Shown in pieces: positions 1 through 12,889 of a stretch of 64,000 bases of DNA. Position 1 is the stretch's first letter, and each line of letters starts with the position of its first letter. The stretch lies in NCBI GenBank assembly GCA_030704615.1, contig CM060731.1:44454001-44518000 (forward strand), in the 5' to 3' direction. Under the pieces are notes generated by a model, which saw only the letters and a list, made by a program, of their open reading frames with translations, had not been told where the DNA came from and searched no databases. The position numbers were made by a program, and so were the translations under genes. Source of the stretch: Takakia lepidozioides. Taxonomy: Eukaryota > Plantae > Bryophyta.

Positions 1-8
1 ACCACATC

Positions 9-660
9 TCATTCAGCCATATTATCAAATTGCATGCCATTTGTATCCTTGTAGTTGTACCCAAACTTGGCATACATGTCCACTACGGCAACATTCAGAA
101 TCACATCAAATACAATACTAGCTTTGACGATATTACCCTGGACCTCTGCACCATTTTCAGGGCTGCCAGGCTTGCATTTGACATACATATCCACCAAGGC
201 AGTGTTTAGAGACATCTAGTGGTACAATTCCAGCTTTGACAATGTCACCATGGACCGTTGCGTCCTTTCCAAGGCTACTAGGCTCGCATTTGACATACAT
301 GTACACCAAGGGAATGTTTAGAATGACATCAGGTACAATTCCAGCTTTGATGATGTCACCATGAACCTCTTGGCCCCTTCCCAGGGCTTCTAGGCTCACA
401 TATATATTACAAACACAAATGAACATGACCTGGTCTGGCTTCATCTTTTCCCACATCATTTGCTCTTAGGTTTCCAAAGCCTTAATACCACACCCATGCT
501 GCACATACCTTGCAATCATGGCACTCCACAACACCACATCTCATTTAGCCATGTTGTCGAACTCTCCCTTCGCATCAGGCTTGCTGCACCCACATTTGGC
601 ATACATGTCCACCAGGGCAGTGTTCAGAATGACAACTAGTACAATTTCAGCTTTGACGAT
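9..660 (-). pseudogene. Degenerate PLS-class PPR repeats (continues beyond window start)
   Basis: Fragments such as 'LNTALVDMYAKCG', 'EVHGDIIKAGIVPDVILN' and 'DVVLWSAMIARYVQHGCG' occur in several frames with stops and frameshifts. They closely resemble the PPR at 20177-21835. Confidence 0.85.
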
Positions 661-767
661 GGCAAATGGCCAAGAGTTATCCCAATATCCCACTACCAAT
701 GAGTTCAATGCATATCCTTGTCACATTGGCAGTATCATGTCAAAGTCACTCCCAACTACATTCACTC

Positions 768-1757
768 AACAACTAACTTGCAAAATTCAACATGAAAATT
801 GAGGGCCGATTCTGATTAGAGGGGAAAACAGGGTGAAAATGTGTTGAAGAAGGTGCCTTCATTAGCAGTGCCTGATTTTATCAATTGTGCCGCTGCTGCT
901 GCGGCTTCCAGTTGACCATCTATCCATGCAGGTTTCTTGTATCTATCCTTCCACAGGGAATCATAAGTAACGTGGAGCTTGAAATCCGGCCCTCTTGGTT
1001 GAATCTGGACACACACTCTATCCCTGCTTCTTCAGCTCTCTATGACATTGCAAAAAACAAGCATACATCTTTGCCTTCCTGCTAGCAGTTGACAATGACA
1101 GCCTAGAATTGTTCCAGCAAACACCCCCAACCCTACTTATCAACGAGCAACGAGCTAACTTACAACATTCAATATGCATCTCAGGGCCAAGTCTCGTGAG
1201 AGGGCAAAACAAGCTAAAATAGGTCAAAGAAGAAGGTGCCCACGTTTCTTGTAGTTCTGATCCACTGGGAATCATAGGTAATCTTGTGCTTGATATCCTG
1301 CCCTATTGGATGAATCTGGACCCACACTCTATCCTTGCTCCTTCAGCTATCCCAACCTCTGTACACATCACGCATACATCCTCGCCTTGCTTCGAACGGC
1401 TGACATTGACGGCCTAGATTTGTTCTAGCAAACACCCCAACCCTACTCATAACACACTAGTTCCTATGCTGAATGGCGTCTGCTTCTCTCTGGATTGTAA
1501 CAGGCGTTCACCTTTTTTCCTCGATCGTCCCACCATTGACTGGGGTCGGAAAAATATTCCTTCCACATTTTCTCCTCATCCCTATATGTTCTTGGATACT
1601 TTCCTGTTGCCACATTAGCAGTCACATGCCAAAAAAATTTAGACCGCCATAAATCAACCCAACAAGCTAACTTGTAGAGTTCAACATGGAAATCAGGGTC
1701 GACTCTAATAAGAGGGCAAAACAGGCTGAAATGTGCTGAAGAATGAGCCGTTACCAC
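768..1757 (-). pseudogene. Degenerate OSB-type PDF-motif repeat region directly upstream of the PPR repeats
   Basis: 'WKEYFSDPSQWWDDRGKKVN' and 'PRGPDFKLHVTYDSLW...PAWI' match the PDF motif of organellar ssDNA-binding proteins. Diverged nucleotide repeats: 961-1140 vs 1272-1450, and 768-840, 1151-1222, 1663-1733. Confidence 0.6.
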
Positions 1758-2073
1758 TTTGTCCTTGACCTCGTGTCATGGCAGCTAGCTTTTCTTTCAA
1801 CCATGGAGGATTCAACCGACCATCAACCCAACTCCTTTACGAGCAAACCTGCTTCCGACTTCAGTGAGAGAAAACAGTGGCAAACAAAGCAAAATTCACA
1901 CATTTGCACAAGGCATGCGCTCCTGCACACCCACTCCATACGCAAGGCCCTGTCCTCTCGCTTGGCTCATACGAGAGGCCTCGCATCATGCCGAGCTGGA
2001 AATGATTTCGCACAGGACGGATTTCTTCATGCCCCGATTCTAGGGTTTGAGTCTCTGTCTGCCCCCTATCCCA

Positions 2074-2245
2074 CCAGCTCCGCTCGTCGTCTCTCATGAT
2101 CAGATTCGACCCTAAAACAAAACAAACATAGGTCCGCCCTGTTCGACGTCTCTCATGATCAGACTCGACACTAAAAGAAAGCAAACACAGCTCCGTCCTG
2201 ATTGTCGTCTCTGACGATCAAACTTGACACAAAGAAAACAAACAG
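2074..2245. repeat. Three diverged ~58-bp tandem repeats
   Basis: Core 'cgtctctcatgatcaga.tcgac.ctaaaa.aaa.caaaca' appears three times, the third more diverged. Confidence 0.75.
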
Positions 2246-3089
2246 ATGGCAGGGGAGACAAAAAAACGCCAAGTCCCCTCTACTCATGACTGGATGGATG
2301 AGAAGACATTACCTTTATCATGGTAATTCCACTGTGGAGCGATTGAGTTAAGAATCTAAGATCGTTATTTTTCAGATATGAGCCAGGCATGAGTCCAGGG
2401 AATTCTTAGGGAACCAGGGAACAGGGAACCAAGACAAGTTATTGAAAATAGATTTTCCCTTGTATTTGTTTTTGTTTTTTGAAGGGTGTTATGTTTAAAG
2501 AGCATGGTTGGTCATATCTTTGTGAAATGAGCTCCGTTTGACGTAGTTTTTGGGGGGATAGCTGCAGAAAGGGGAAATCTACTTACCTAGACCTATACTT
2601 GACCAAAAATCTATAGAAATTTTCTAATGTAAATTAAATCCTCGATAGATGGATGGATTTTGGGTTTTCCATCAATACATCCATCCATTCATTTGTTTTT
2701 CCATTTTTTGGCCATTTTAATTTCATCCATTCATACAAAATAAATCTTTAAATGAGTTTCACTGTCAGTTTATCCAATTGCTGTCAGCTCAGCATTTGCA
2801 TTATCATTTGTTCATACGTTCATCCAGTGCACAAAAGTTATGTTTGATACGTTCATCCAGTAGTTGCCAGCAAGACATTGTGTATCATTCGTTGAGATAA
2901 TACAGTTGTTTTGTTTCACTAACCTTAACCAGCAGTTGATTAGTTTTACTGTTAATCTGCTGGGTCAGTGAAACAGTAGTTAAATAAAAATGCAACCTAA
3001 CAACCCTAAATTCGAGCACATTCATCCTAATTCATCCTAGTTCACTCATCCTAATTCATCCTAATCATTCATTCATCCATTCATTCATT

Positions 3090-6000
3090 CACAGGGTGTG
3101 GCTTAGTGCCCGCGAGCAATGATATGTTGACACGTCGTCATTTGCAATCACATCTTGCATATATTTCATCCATTTATGTTTGCATTGTCCACGTAGACAC
3201 TCCTTGGGCAACCGGCAATCGCCAGATGCAGTTGTGAATACTGGCAGTCATACATTCCGATGCCCACGTCATCCTGTTGCAATTTGGCTATGACTCCTAG
3301 TCGTATCTACCATCTTCCCCTATATGGTCAAACAAGTTTGACCACAGATCCTGACGTGGCGGAGGTACAAGGTGGCATATACGACTTCTGCTGGTCACAA
3401 ATGGCAACCAGAACTGCCCCCTTGCATTTTGTAGACATATATGCCACGACTGGGCAAATGTGGCAGACGTTAAAGCCGGAATCTGTTGTAGTGCATGCCC
3501 TCCGAGTGTAGAGTCCTGCCATTGGGATGCGTTGGTGAAGTACTGGGATTCCTCCAAGGGCAAGAAAGAGAGTGAGAACATGAAGAGAGCACGATCCAAT
3601 GTTACCAACCCATCGAGGGTTGGAAGAGCAGGGTTGGCTGGATAGGCCCGACGCTTGGTAATATGAATATTGGCACCACATTTTAGTATATGTATGTACA
3701 TATATACACATGTATGTGATGGAGTAGGATACCATCTCTGCCCTGCGAGGTAGTTGCAAACTGTCACTACAGTCATGCCTCTGTAAACACCCCACTTGTT
3801 TGGATGAATAGGGACTATTTTTTTTTTGTTGTGGCCCTGGTAGAAGAAAGAGAGAGCACGAAGTCCAAACATCACTGAGCTGACACACGCATCGAAGGCG
3901 GACAAGGGTTTTGGCTCCCAGTGAATTGGAGGTACAGGTAAATGGCGTGTGGGTATTTTGTTTTGGTTGCATTCATTTTGCTGGAGCAGTAGCCAGGCCA
4001 TGCGGGCTGATTATGTCTCTTTCTTTGGCTGTATAGGGAGGGGGCAGTGCGATGTAGTCTCGACTGTCGTCCCTTGAGGGCAGTATGCTTGCCTTGGCAG
4101 ACGTTCAGATCCCGACGATTGAGGGCGAATTGGCCACTATAAAAGCAGAAGTTGCTAAGGCTTCTGCGGACAAAAGCAAAAAACTGGATGCATTGATGGC
4201 AATGATGTTGGGAATGTCAGCAACCGCCCCTCCTCCAACTACTATCCCAATATGTACTGTTATTGAACCTTGCAATTCCGACGTAGGCTTGGGGGGCAAG
4301 ACTGCTACGGAGAAGGTGGTTTGTGCACCTTCACCCCAACTTATTTTTGTGGTTGTCATCCATTCAGTATTAGTTGACTTTGAAGTTTACTGCTCTGGTA
4401 TGTTTTGCTTGGGTGCAGGGAGAACCTCTTGAGGTTGGGGAAAAGCCAAAGTCGTCTGCCATTGAGGACCTTGTGGTGACCCAAGTAAAATTGGGGCGCA
4501 AGGGAATTCCTGATAAATTGCCACGTAAGAAGGGAGGTGGAGCTGGCGGGACAACAATATTGGCTGTTGGTGAGGACGTCTGCTCCACCGAGAGTGCTGG
4601 TAAGGGTGACAGTAGGGGGTTGGCAGATCAGCATGTGAAGCCAACTTCCCCACAAAAAGAGGTACGCCCTCAAAGACTTTATCTTGATTCCTGTCCTTGG
4701 GCTTTCTATTTTTGACTCTGAAAACATTTCATGAATGATCTATTTATTGGTGTGTGCCATGAATTCTATGCATCAGGTTTGGTAAGACGTACTCATGTAC
4801 TATACCTTGTAGTTTTGTTAGCATGTAGAAGGGGACTAAAGCAGAGGACCCTGCCCCAGCCATCGTGAAGGGAGCTGAGAAGAAGTACATGCGAAAAGGA
4901 GAGCGTGTAACCAGAGCCACTGCTGCCAAAGGCACAAAGTCCTTGACTGATGTCTAGTTTTCAATGTACATGTATGTCTTCATGGGTTGATTTATGTGGT
5001 TTTTATGGTGGGTGCTGTGTGCAGTTTAAGTTGAAGGACAAAATCAGCATGTATGATCCTCATTTACCACGACACAGGGCTGCCAGTGGAATTGTTACTG
5101 GTGTGCCTGACAAAGATACATATCACTGCCGTGTTATACCTGAGGGATTGTGGCAGGTTGAGGTGAATGATATCTATATTGCCAATTGTGTCTTGCCTCA
5201 CCCTAACGAGGAAGAGGTCCCACCGCAAACAATGTTGGAGGATGTCGTCGGTCTGAATTGTCTTTGGCCAGAGAAGAACATGAAGAGGGCTTAGATTTCG
5301 TTCGCCCGGGCATAGACATTGCTGGCAGTGAGAAGAAGGCAGGAAAGCAGTTCAGTGTTCCTAGCATGCATGCGGAGACACCGTGTAGAAGTTAGGCTCT
5401 TCATTTTATCATGGCTGGATTTTGTTGACAGTGTTCCAGCACTTAACTCTCTGGGATTCTATTCTATTTTGTGGAGCTTGAATCCCCAATGGTACTTCTT
5501 TAAACACTACACTAGTGGTATGTGTTCCTCTAGTCATGTTCATAATCACTTGCACATCACTGTAATAGCGGTATAATTTAAAACTGTGGGAGTAGCCAAA
5601 TGTACACAATTGCCTACATTACCACTAGTATAGTGGTATAAGTAGTAACATATATATTATTGTACTAGTATGAATTCCTCCAGTGGTATTCCTAATCACT
5701 TACACACCACTCTGTTAGTAATCACTCCAATCCATAGTTCCCACTCAGAGAGACACCATGAATGACTCAAATAGCTTACACACCACTCTGTGGGTAATCA
5801 TTCCAATGACTTGCTGAGAGACGTCATCCACTCGAATAACCACTCTGTGAATGATAATGTATATTCTCAGTTTTCATAGAATGACTCTATGAGTCATTTT
5901 TTCAACAAGTGGTTTTGGAAGTTATTGAATTTTTCACTCCATCCATTTCATAGCACTGACACACGACACGTGTCCACGCTGAGAGTGTCGCCACGTGTCG

Positions 6001-6373
6001 ACATAATCTCCAATATCATCCACGGACCACCGGCTTACACGTCTCCACTACAAAACGGAAGTGGTTACTTTACCACTATGACACGTCAGTTTACCACTGT
6101 GACACGTCATAAGTGGTTGCTTTATCTCAGTGACACGTCATTGACATGTCACAGTGGTTAATTTACCACTGTGACACGTTAGCTAACAGGTGGACCCGGA
6201 CGTGAGTGGTTCGAACCACTGTCCTTAACCACGGGTACCACGTAATGTCTTTTACCACTAACTTGTCCTAATCCACTGGTTCTTCATCACTTTGGGACCA
6301 GAGTGGTTTAGTGTCTATTACCACTTAAAATGAGTGGTTAACAGAGTGGTTATTCCGCGTTTTTCTTCTAGTG
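3090..6373 (+). mobile_element. CACTA/EnSpm DNA transposon remnant (right end; left boundary uncertain)
   Basis: Ends in ttttcttctagtg (reverse complement CACTAGAAGAAAA) at 6373. Subterminal repeats 'tttaccactgtgacacgt' at ~6070-6180. ORF 4950-5294 resembles the TnpA-associated C-terminal domain (G.V...H...IPEG.WQV.V...LP.P...L.D.VG...LW). Confidence 0.7.
4950..5294 (+). CDS. CACTA TnpA-like protein, last-exon fragment
   Basis: AASGIVTG...YHCRVIPEGLWQVEVNDIYIANCVLPHP...LEDVVGLNCLWP pattern, close to the CACTA terminus. Confidence 0.55.
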   Translation: MSSFQCTCMSSWVDLCGFYGGCCVQFKLKDKISMYDPHLPRHRAASGIVTGVPDKDTYHCRVIPEGLWQVEVNDIYIANCVLPHPNEEEVPPQTMLEDVVGLNCLWPEKNMKRA

Positions 6374-7669
6374 TCTGGGTCCGAAGCCTCAACCTCCAAC
6401 ATGATTATCAGACTTCGAGTAGGCTCCATTTGCTGTCGTACGGGGTCCAGACGAGGAAATACGTGTCGCATTGGTGGCCCATCGTCTCGAGAGCGTCGAC
6501 GTGCTATTGAAGGTCGTGAGAGTCGGAACGGTTGATCTAGTAGTTGGGTAAGTGACAGCTCCAATGTATCCGGTTCCTGTGACTCCATGCTGCCAATACA
6601 AGATGCAAGAGTGATGTAAGTGTAGCTATATATACTGATGTGTGATGGTCCTCCCTCCTTAGCGTGTATCAGGTACACTGAATGTGGAGTCTTTACCTTG
6701 AAGCTAATTTGGCTGACATCATCGTTGTGACGTCTTATTGACGTGTAGCTCGGGGCTTAGCTGGATATCGTTGATGAAACTCTTTGACTTTGTCAGATGC
6801 ATTGGCGAGGTTGGATGAAGGTTTCCATGTTCGTTCGCTGATGTCGTAGCCTTTTCAATGTACAAAATATTCAAGACGTTTATACTTGATGCGAGAGTCT
6901 AGGACTTCGTTGCCTTCATACTCGATTTTCTGATTGACTTTGATTGATGGAGGTAGTATGGAGATTCTCCCCGGAATATTCGATGGATGATACAACTCCA
7001 ATAATGAAACATGAAAGATTGGATGGATGCGCATACTTCGTGGGAGTTCAAGCCGAAAACTGACCGGATTTATTTGTCGAATAATTTTGAATGGTCCCAG
7101 GCGTTGATAATCCAACTTCCTTGATAGTTGCGAGGTTTGTATGTCCCGTCGAAGAAACCACACACAATCTCCGACCTTGAACTGGGGTTGGAGTTGACGA
7201 TGTTGATCTGCATACTCCGTGTATTATTTTTGAGCTTCTGCAAGGTGGAATGTAAGCTCCATGTGCATCGTAGCAAGATGAGTATCAAGGTTTTCTGCAG
7301 CAGGGCTTCTAACAGTCTTCATGTGGAAAGGGTTTGCTCGAGGATGATGACCATAATTGGAGAAAAATGGAGTTTGTTTGGTTGAAGAATGTATAGTGTT
7401 GTTGTAGGCAAACTCAGTCAATGACAGAAGGTCCGTCCAATTATCTTGGTGATAATTTATCGTACAGCGAAGACACTGCTTTAAAATCTGGTTTACGCGT
7501 TCGGTTTGACCATCAGTCTGTGGATGATTAGCTGTAGAGAGGTTGATCTTGGTATCCAATATGTGAAATAATCCCCTCCAGAAATTTGATATGAACTGTG
7601 GTCCTCGATCAGATACGATGTCTTTCTGGAGTCCGTGAATGCGGTAGATATTATTGTAGTAGACTTCCA

Positions 7670-8255
7670 AATCATAGACTTCCCCATCAACGAATATTCG
7701 TATGCACTCCTATTAGGGAGGCCATGGTTGGTTCAGTCCAGGGCACGAATGGACTGGGGGGCAGGCACCATTACTTATGGGGTAAGACCTTATACTACTA
7801 CTGTTGCATTTCTTTCTGGAGCACCTCACGAAGAAATGGATAAGGATGAGCTCAGCATGATTGGCTCTAAAGAGAAGTCTGCAGACTTGAGTGAGGAGGA
7901 TTTGTGGTTAGAGGGAGAGCTCCTCCCCACCTCATACGCCTACCGAGTTTTAGCAACAACTACTGTGCCTCACAAGGAGGTTAAGTGAAGAAATGTAGGA
8001 CTAGAGGACGCAGTTAAGTTTCTAAGATCGGGATTGTATGAATGCGAGTCTGATGCAGACTGCATCGCCTGGTTGTTCAGAGAAAACCAAGGCAGGGAAG
8101 TGATGGTACACTCGGTATCAACCGAGGCACTTCCGGAGATCGAGTCATTGACCGAACTTTTTTCCACATCCGCCGAACGGGTTGGTCTGCAAGAACAGGA
8201 GATTCCTCAGGAGGAAAACAACGAGATTTTGGATATGGGAATTGTAGAGGAGGTC
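7670..8255 (+). mobile_element. Fragment of an unrelated Gypsy aspartic protease region, in opposite orientation
   Basis: 'DFQIIDFPINEYSYALLLGRPWL...MDW' is the retropepsin C-terminal motif. It lies between the gag and integrase of the Tcn1 element. Confidence 0.7.
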
Positions 8256-9260
8256 GACCTAATCTTCTCTTGTTGGGGCAGTTTAATGCTATATGATCTT
8301 CTTTTCTGCAATAGAGACATAATCCATTCGAGCGTCGTCTTTGTTTTTTTTGTGGCTTGAATCGGACAGTATCAATCTACATAGGATCACTACCGAATGT
8401 CTGATAGATCGTTGTGTTTGGTGCCGTAGTAGTAGCGGCATGATGCGTCGTCAACTATCCAGATCGCTTCTCTTGACGTCTTTCGAACAAACGATTATCG
8501 CATACAATAACTTGGGTGATGAATTCACTCAGTATGCTTACGTTTGGCATTGTTAGCAACAAATCTTTTACATCCTCTTTTAGTCCACATCGAAACTGAC
8601 TAATGATGCTCTTTTCATTCAAGTCGAGGTCGTACGCAAGTTATCGAAATTCGGCAGCATAAACGGAAGCAGGACGTGCTCCTTATCGAAGATTTCGCAT
8701 ATTTGTCTCTACAACTCTCTCTCTATCATTCTCTCCAAACGTTGCAGTGAACTCGGACATGAATGCTTCAAAATAGTATAGTAAATGCGAATTGTTTTCA
8801 AATAGCGGTGCAAACTAAGATATGACAGTGCCTGATAAAAGGGTGCCCACGAATCCCACTTGAATACCTTCATCGGGGTAGCGTTGTGGATGTAGTCGTA
8901 TGAACAATCATACTTGTTGAACAAATTCGCGAAATCTTGATTTCGTCCCATCAAATTTCTCGAGCATGCTGATCTTTGGTTCTCTCGTAATCTGTTGAAG
9001 ATGAACCGTTGCAGTAGGAGCTGTTGCAGTAAAGATTCGTATGGCTGAAGATCCATTGTTTGACTCCTTTAACTCTGAAAATTGTTGTTGCAAATTGTGG
9101 AGAGTGTTGCCAAGATCTTGAGACTGATCAGCTTGTAATTGGGCGGTAGAGATACGAAGTTCTTGCATCTGGAGCTGAAGACTCTTCAATGTGGCGACCA
9201 TTTCCGCAAATGTGTCTTCCATCTTAACTAACTAAGGAACAAACTTCAGTCTCGCCAAAT

Positions 9261-9873
9261 TGTCAAGGACGAGAACATGACTGAACACAAATAAGAGATC
9301 AGACTAGAGGTACAAGACTAGACAAGAAGTCAAGGTCGGCATGACCGAATGCATGATGAGTAAACATGAATCAAGATGATCTTTATAACAATGGACAAGA
9401 GTACAAGATACTGGAACTCGACTTGAATACTGGAATGCTGGAAACTAGTCTAGAGTGCTAGATACTGGAAACTGGGCTAGAATACTGGAAATTGAACTGG
9501 AGTACTGGAACTGGAAACAAGAGTAGCTTGAACTTGTGTTGGCGAGACTGAAGAGTGTCTAGTCTCGCCTCCTATATACTGGCTACTAGGAAGTTCCCTA
9601 AGTAGCTTTCCCAATGAAGGTTTCTTGATGGAGAAGTTTCTTTAAATAAAGGAGGTATCTTGATGGAGAAGTTTATTCCAAATGAAGCTTCTTGAGCAGT
9701 TTCCCAAGTTACTCTCGGTAATTTGTTATACTCCTGGTAACTTGGTAACTAATGATAACTCATGGTAGATCATGAAAAAAAAAACAGTAAATCATAGTAA
9801 CTTTCGGTAACATGGTAACTTGGTAACTTCTGGTTTTATTCCTGGTAAGTTCCTCTGGGCTGTGTCCGTAACA
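9261..9873 (-). repeat. 5' LTR of the Tcn1-type element, with TATA box and adjacent self-priming PBS
   Basis: TG...CA termini. TATATA on the minus strand at ~9573-9578. PBS 9244-9258 is the exact inverted copy of 9539-9553. Confidence 0.8.
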
Positions 9874-10079
9874 ATATTGATTGGCTACAACCCAATTTGT
9901 CAAAAGCATGTCATTCCATGAAATGGTCGTGTTGGAAACTCTAGTGCAAATATGTCGCTCTTGACTGAAGAGAGATCAACTTCTCTAAGAAGTTGCCGAT
10001 GTTGCCGATCCCAACGACAATGTTTTTCTCCCCGCAGTCATCGCATCATAGTGAATCTTACACAAAATAAATATGATAC

Positions 10080-10235
10080 TGGGGGATTCTGCGGCAAAAA
10101 CCGGTGAACAGCTGGATTTCCAAAATTCGCCTTCCTCAATGTATCATATAAAATCATAGCAAAATCCCTCACTCTACACCTTCAACCATTTTTGTTGTCC
10201 ATCAACTGTCAAGGCCAAACTAGTTTAATCCAACT
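10080..10235 (+). mobile_element. Small L1-type LINE RT fragment
   Basis: Translation 'FLNVSYKIIAKSLTLHLQPFL...QT' matches the LLNVxYKIIAK motif of LINE RT. Confidence 0.55.
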
Positions 10236-12889
10236 AGATCCCGAGGAATGCATGGATTTTCGGAGGTTTTTTTGAACTCGCCTCTTTCAATATACTACTA
10301 AAAAGCCTATCAAAAACTACACTCCAACACACCCCCAAGTGCAATATGGCAAGCCTATGATTTCTTTGAAGAACATTGGCAAGCAATATGAGAGAAAATA
10401 TGGGTGAATTTGAGGTCTGCCAATCCAAGCTCATTCCTTTGGCAGGTAACAAACCGGATACTAAAAATAGGTACCTTGATGAAACATGATCTTGCATTAA
10501 AGCCCGGATGAAGATTGGTTAGTATCTACGAATCAGCTTAAGGCATGTGTCATGGGATTGTGACCTGGAAAGCAAAAGGCACATGGTCTTTTGCCTGGTG
10601 TCCACTCTTAGTGTACATGTGTGTTGTGAAATCTGTGCAGAATATAACGAGATGATTTAGTGATTCCTTCCTTCACATGTTAATGCATCTTTGTTTAGCT
10701 AGCCACATTCATTCCTAACTGCACTTCCCCTCTATTCTAGAACTACCTCGTGAGGACATGAGTATTCGAGACAAATATTAATTAGAGAAACCTGAGTTGG
10801 AGCGCTGCCTCCCGAGCTTTTTGCCGCTAGTAGAATTGCAACATCCTACAATTTTCACACATCCTCAAAAACATGAGTTAAAATTCTCAGTCTAAAACAT
10901 GGAATTCAAAAAGACATGGCTAGAACTGTAACAAGTGGCTCATGCAACCTCCGATTTTGAGGCAAAATCAAGCCGACACCATTTTTGCAAAGACATTGCT
11001 AACGCTATTCTTAGAATGGGCCAATAATGCGCCACTTTGGAATGCGTACAACTCCATTACTAAAGCCTACATAAAACATATTAATAAGATAGAATTATCA
11101 ACATACAGATTGTCAAAATGTTCACCACATTTTGTTTCACAAACTTTAAAATGATTAAATTAGAACTCATCCACTTAAGTACTCAAAGATGAAATCGACA
11201 TTTAGACATTTCCCTAGAAGGGCTCTCATGCACACCACTTCCAAGAATTGGAAATTTCAAAAGTTGTAGCGACATGTATAGTGCTTCGAATAAGACACTC
11301 AATAGCCAAAACATGTATCTAAGAACGTACAATCTTAAATGTACAATATGAACACCACTAGTCGTCAATATAGTATATACTAACAACTGCTTAGAATGCT
11401 TTGAATTGACAAGTATACTAGAAAGCACTAGATGTTCAATACAAGAGAGACAGAGACAGAGAGATGACTCCGACGTAACTCAATCACTAGATGTAGACTT
11501 TGAAAAGTGAACTAGTAGGTGGTGGTGTTTATTTGAGAGCCCCAACCATTTAAGGAGGTCTCTTGCTGGTTATGACAAGTGCCCCCTGCATTCTTAATAT
11601 CCCTAATTAGGGATCTACAAAGTTAGGTGTTAGCCCTTTGTTCATCCATTTTAACATCAATGTGTTTGGCAAAAGCTTATGGGCAAGTAAAAAAAGAGAT
11701 AAAGATAAAGATAAAGTTTAACGTCACTAAAATTCGTCGAATTTACTCGTGAATCTTCACGTTAAAGATTCGTGAATCGTTAAAGATTTATCGAATTTAC
11801 ACGTGAATCTTTAACGTCCAATGAATTTACAGAGCCTACTGCTCAACACACAGGCCAACGAGGGCCTAATGGACGGTCTGAAGGAGAAAGAGAAAGAGAT
11901 AAGTTTTGTCTTGTAAATACATGAAATGACAATACAACCTTAAAACAAGGCAGCATCACGAAGCATTTCCACTGGGCAATTTGTAGAGATACTTGTAGTA
12001 AATCATATCCACAGAGCAATTACCCAGTACCACAAGACCCCCCTATTTTCAAAAAGAGTAAATCACAACTCCTATATGAATTAATTCACATTGGTGAATG
12101 GGGCGGGTGGTGGGGATATGTGTTTGTTATCAACAAATAGAGTGGCAGTGGATCAAGGCATTTTAGCTATGCAAAATTACCAGAGAAGGGTCATTTAGGA
12201 GAACAAATTTCAATTTAACCATACCAGTGATCGAGATGGTATGGAAATAGATATTATCTCATAAAAGTCATGTTTCTGGAAGTATATTTAGTTGGCATCC
12301 CTTGAAAAACCTTTTGCATAGTGTATAGTAAAGCCCAGTGTACAAACCATTAGGGGAAGCGTCTTATAATTCCATTATGCAAAGTAATGTTCAGCAGCAA
12401 GTGACTGTCCAGTTTCTAAGAGCTGCATGAAAACAAAAAAGAGATACCAAGTATACCTTCTTGTCAAGGATACAAAGAAAGGCCAGTGCAATCGTCTCAT
12501 AAAATGAGGAGACACCATATATGGTGTTACTCAATTCATAGATTAAAAACGAGTACCTTATTGTAGGAACTACCAGGGAGCTCAAACTCAAGAATTGAAA
12601 ACTGTTTTAGCATTGGTAGAATACCACACCATGTTCCTGGATTTGTAAAATCCCAGCTTGACAGAGTTTTAGTCAATCACCTAGGATTCAAGAGTGAATA
12701 AAACTGAAAGAGTTCAGTAGTAAAGGAAATATGAGTTATCTGTGGAGAAAATTTTGTAAACCATTTCCCATCGTATATGCTCCCCTACTCGACTGAGGTT
12801 CAGCCATGGTCCATCGTCTTCATATGTATCTGTCTTCTCTTATCAACAAGCAACACCACCTGCAACGAATAGAATGATTCAAGGAGTGA

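Larger units (their letters stand above)
6720..9873 (-). mobile_element. Tcn1/Tf1-type chromovirus (Ty3/Gypsy), internally deleted
   Basis: 5' LTR 9261-9873 (minus strand TGTTAC...CTTGACA). Gag ~8260-9222 (EPKISMLEKFDG). Integrase 7224-7670 (HGLQKDIVSDRGPQF, HPQTDGQTERVNQ). GPF motif and chromodomain 6770-7163 (LGPFKI, EYEGNEVLDSR..YFVH). RT and RNase H are absent. Confidence 0.9.

Noticed and set aside
2169-2182. cactaaaagaaagc as the left TIR of the CACTA ending at 6373
   Set aside because: It is part of a 58-bp tandem repeat, similarity stops after ~12 nt, and there are no matching subterminal repeats.
3297-4001. 234-aa and 214-aa minus-strand ORFs
   Set aside because: No motifs, they run through simple repeats, and they lie antisense within the CACTA remnant.
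6374-6720. 3' LTR of the Tcn1 element
   Set aside because: It shows no visible similarity to the 5' LTR at 9261-9873 and has no clear PPT; it may come from another element.
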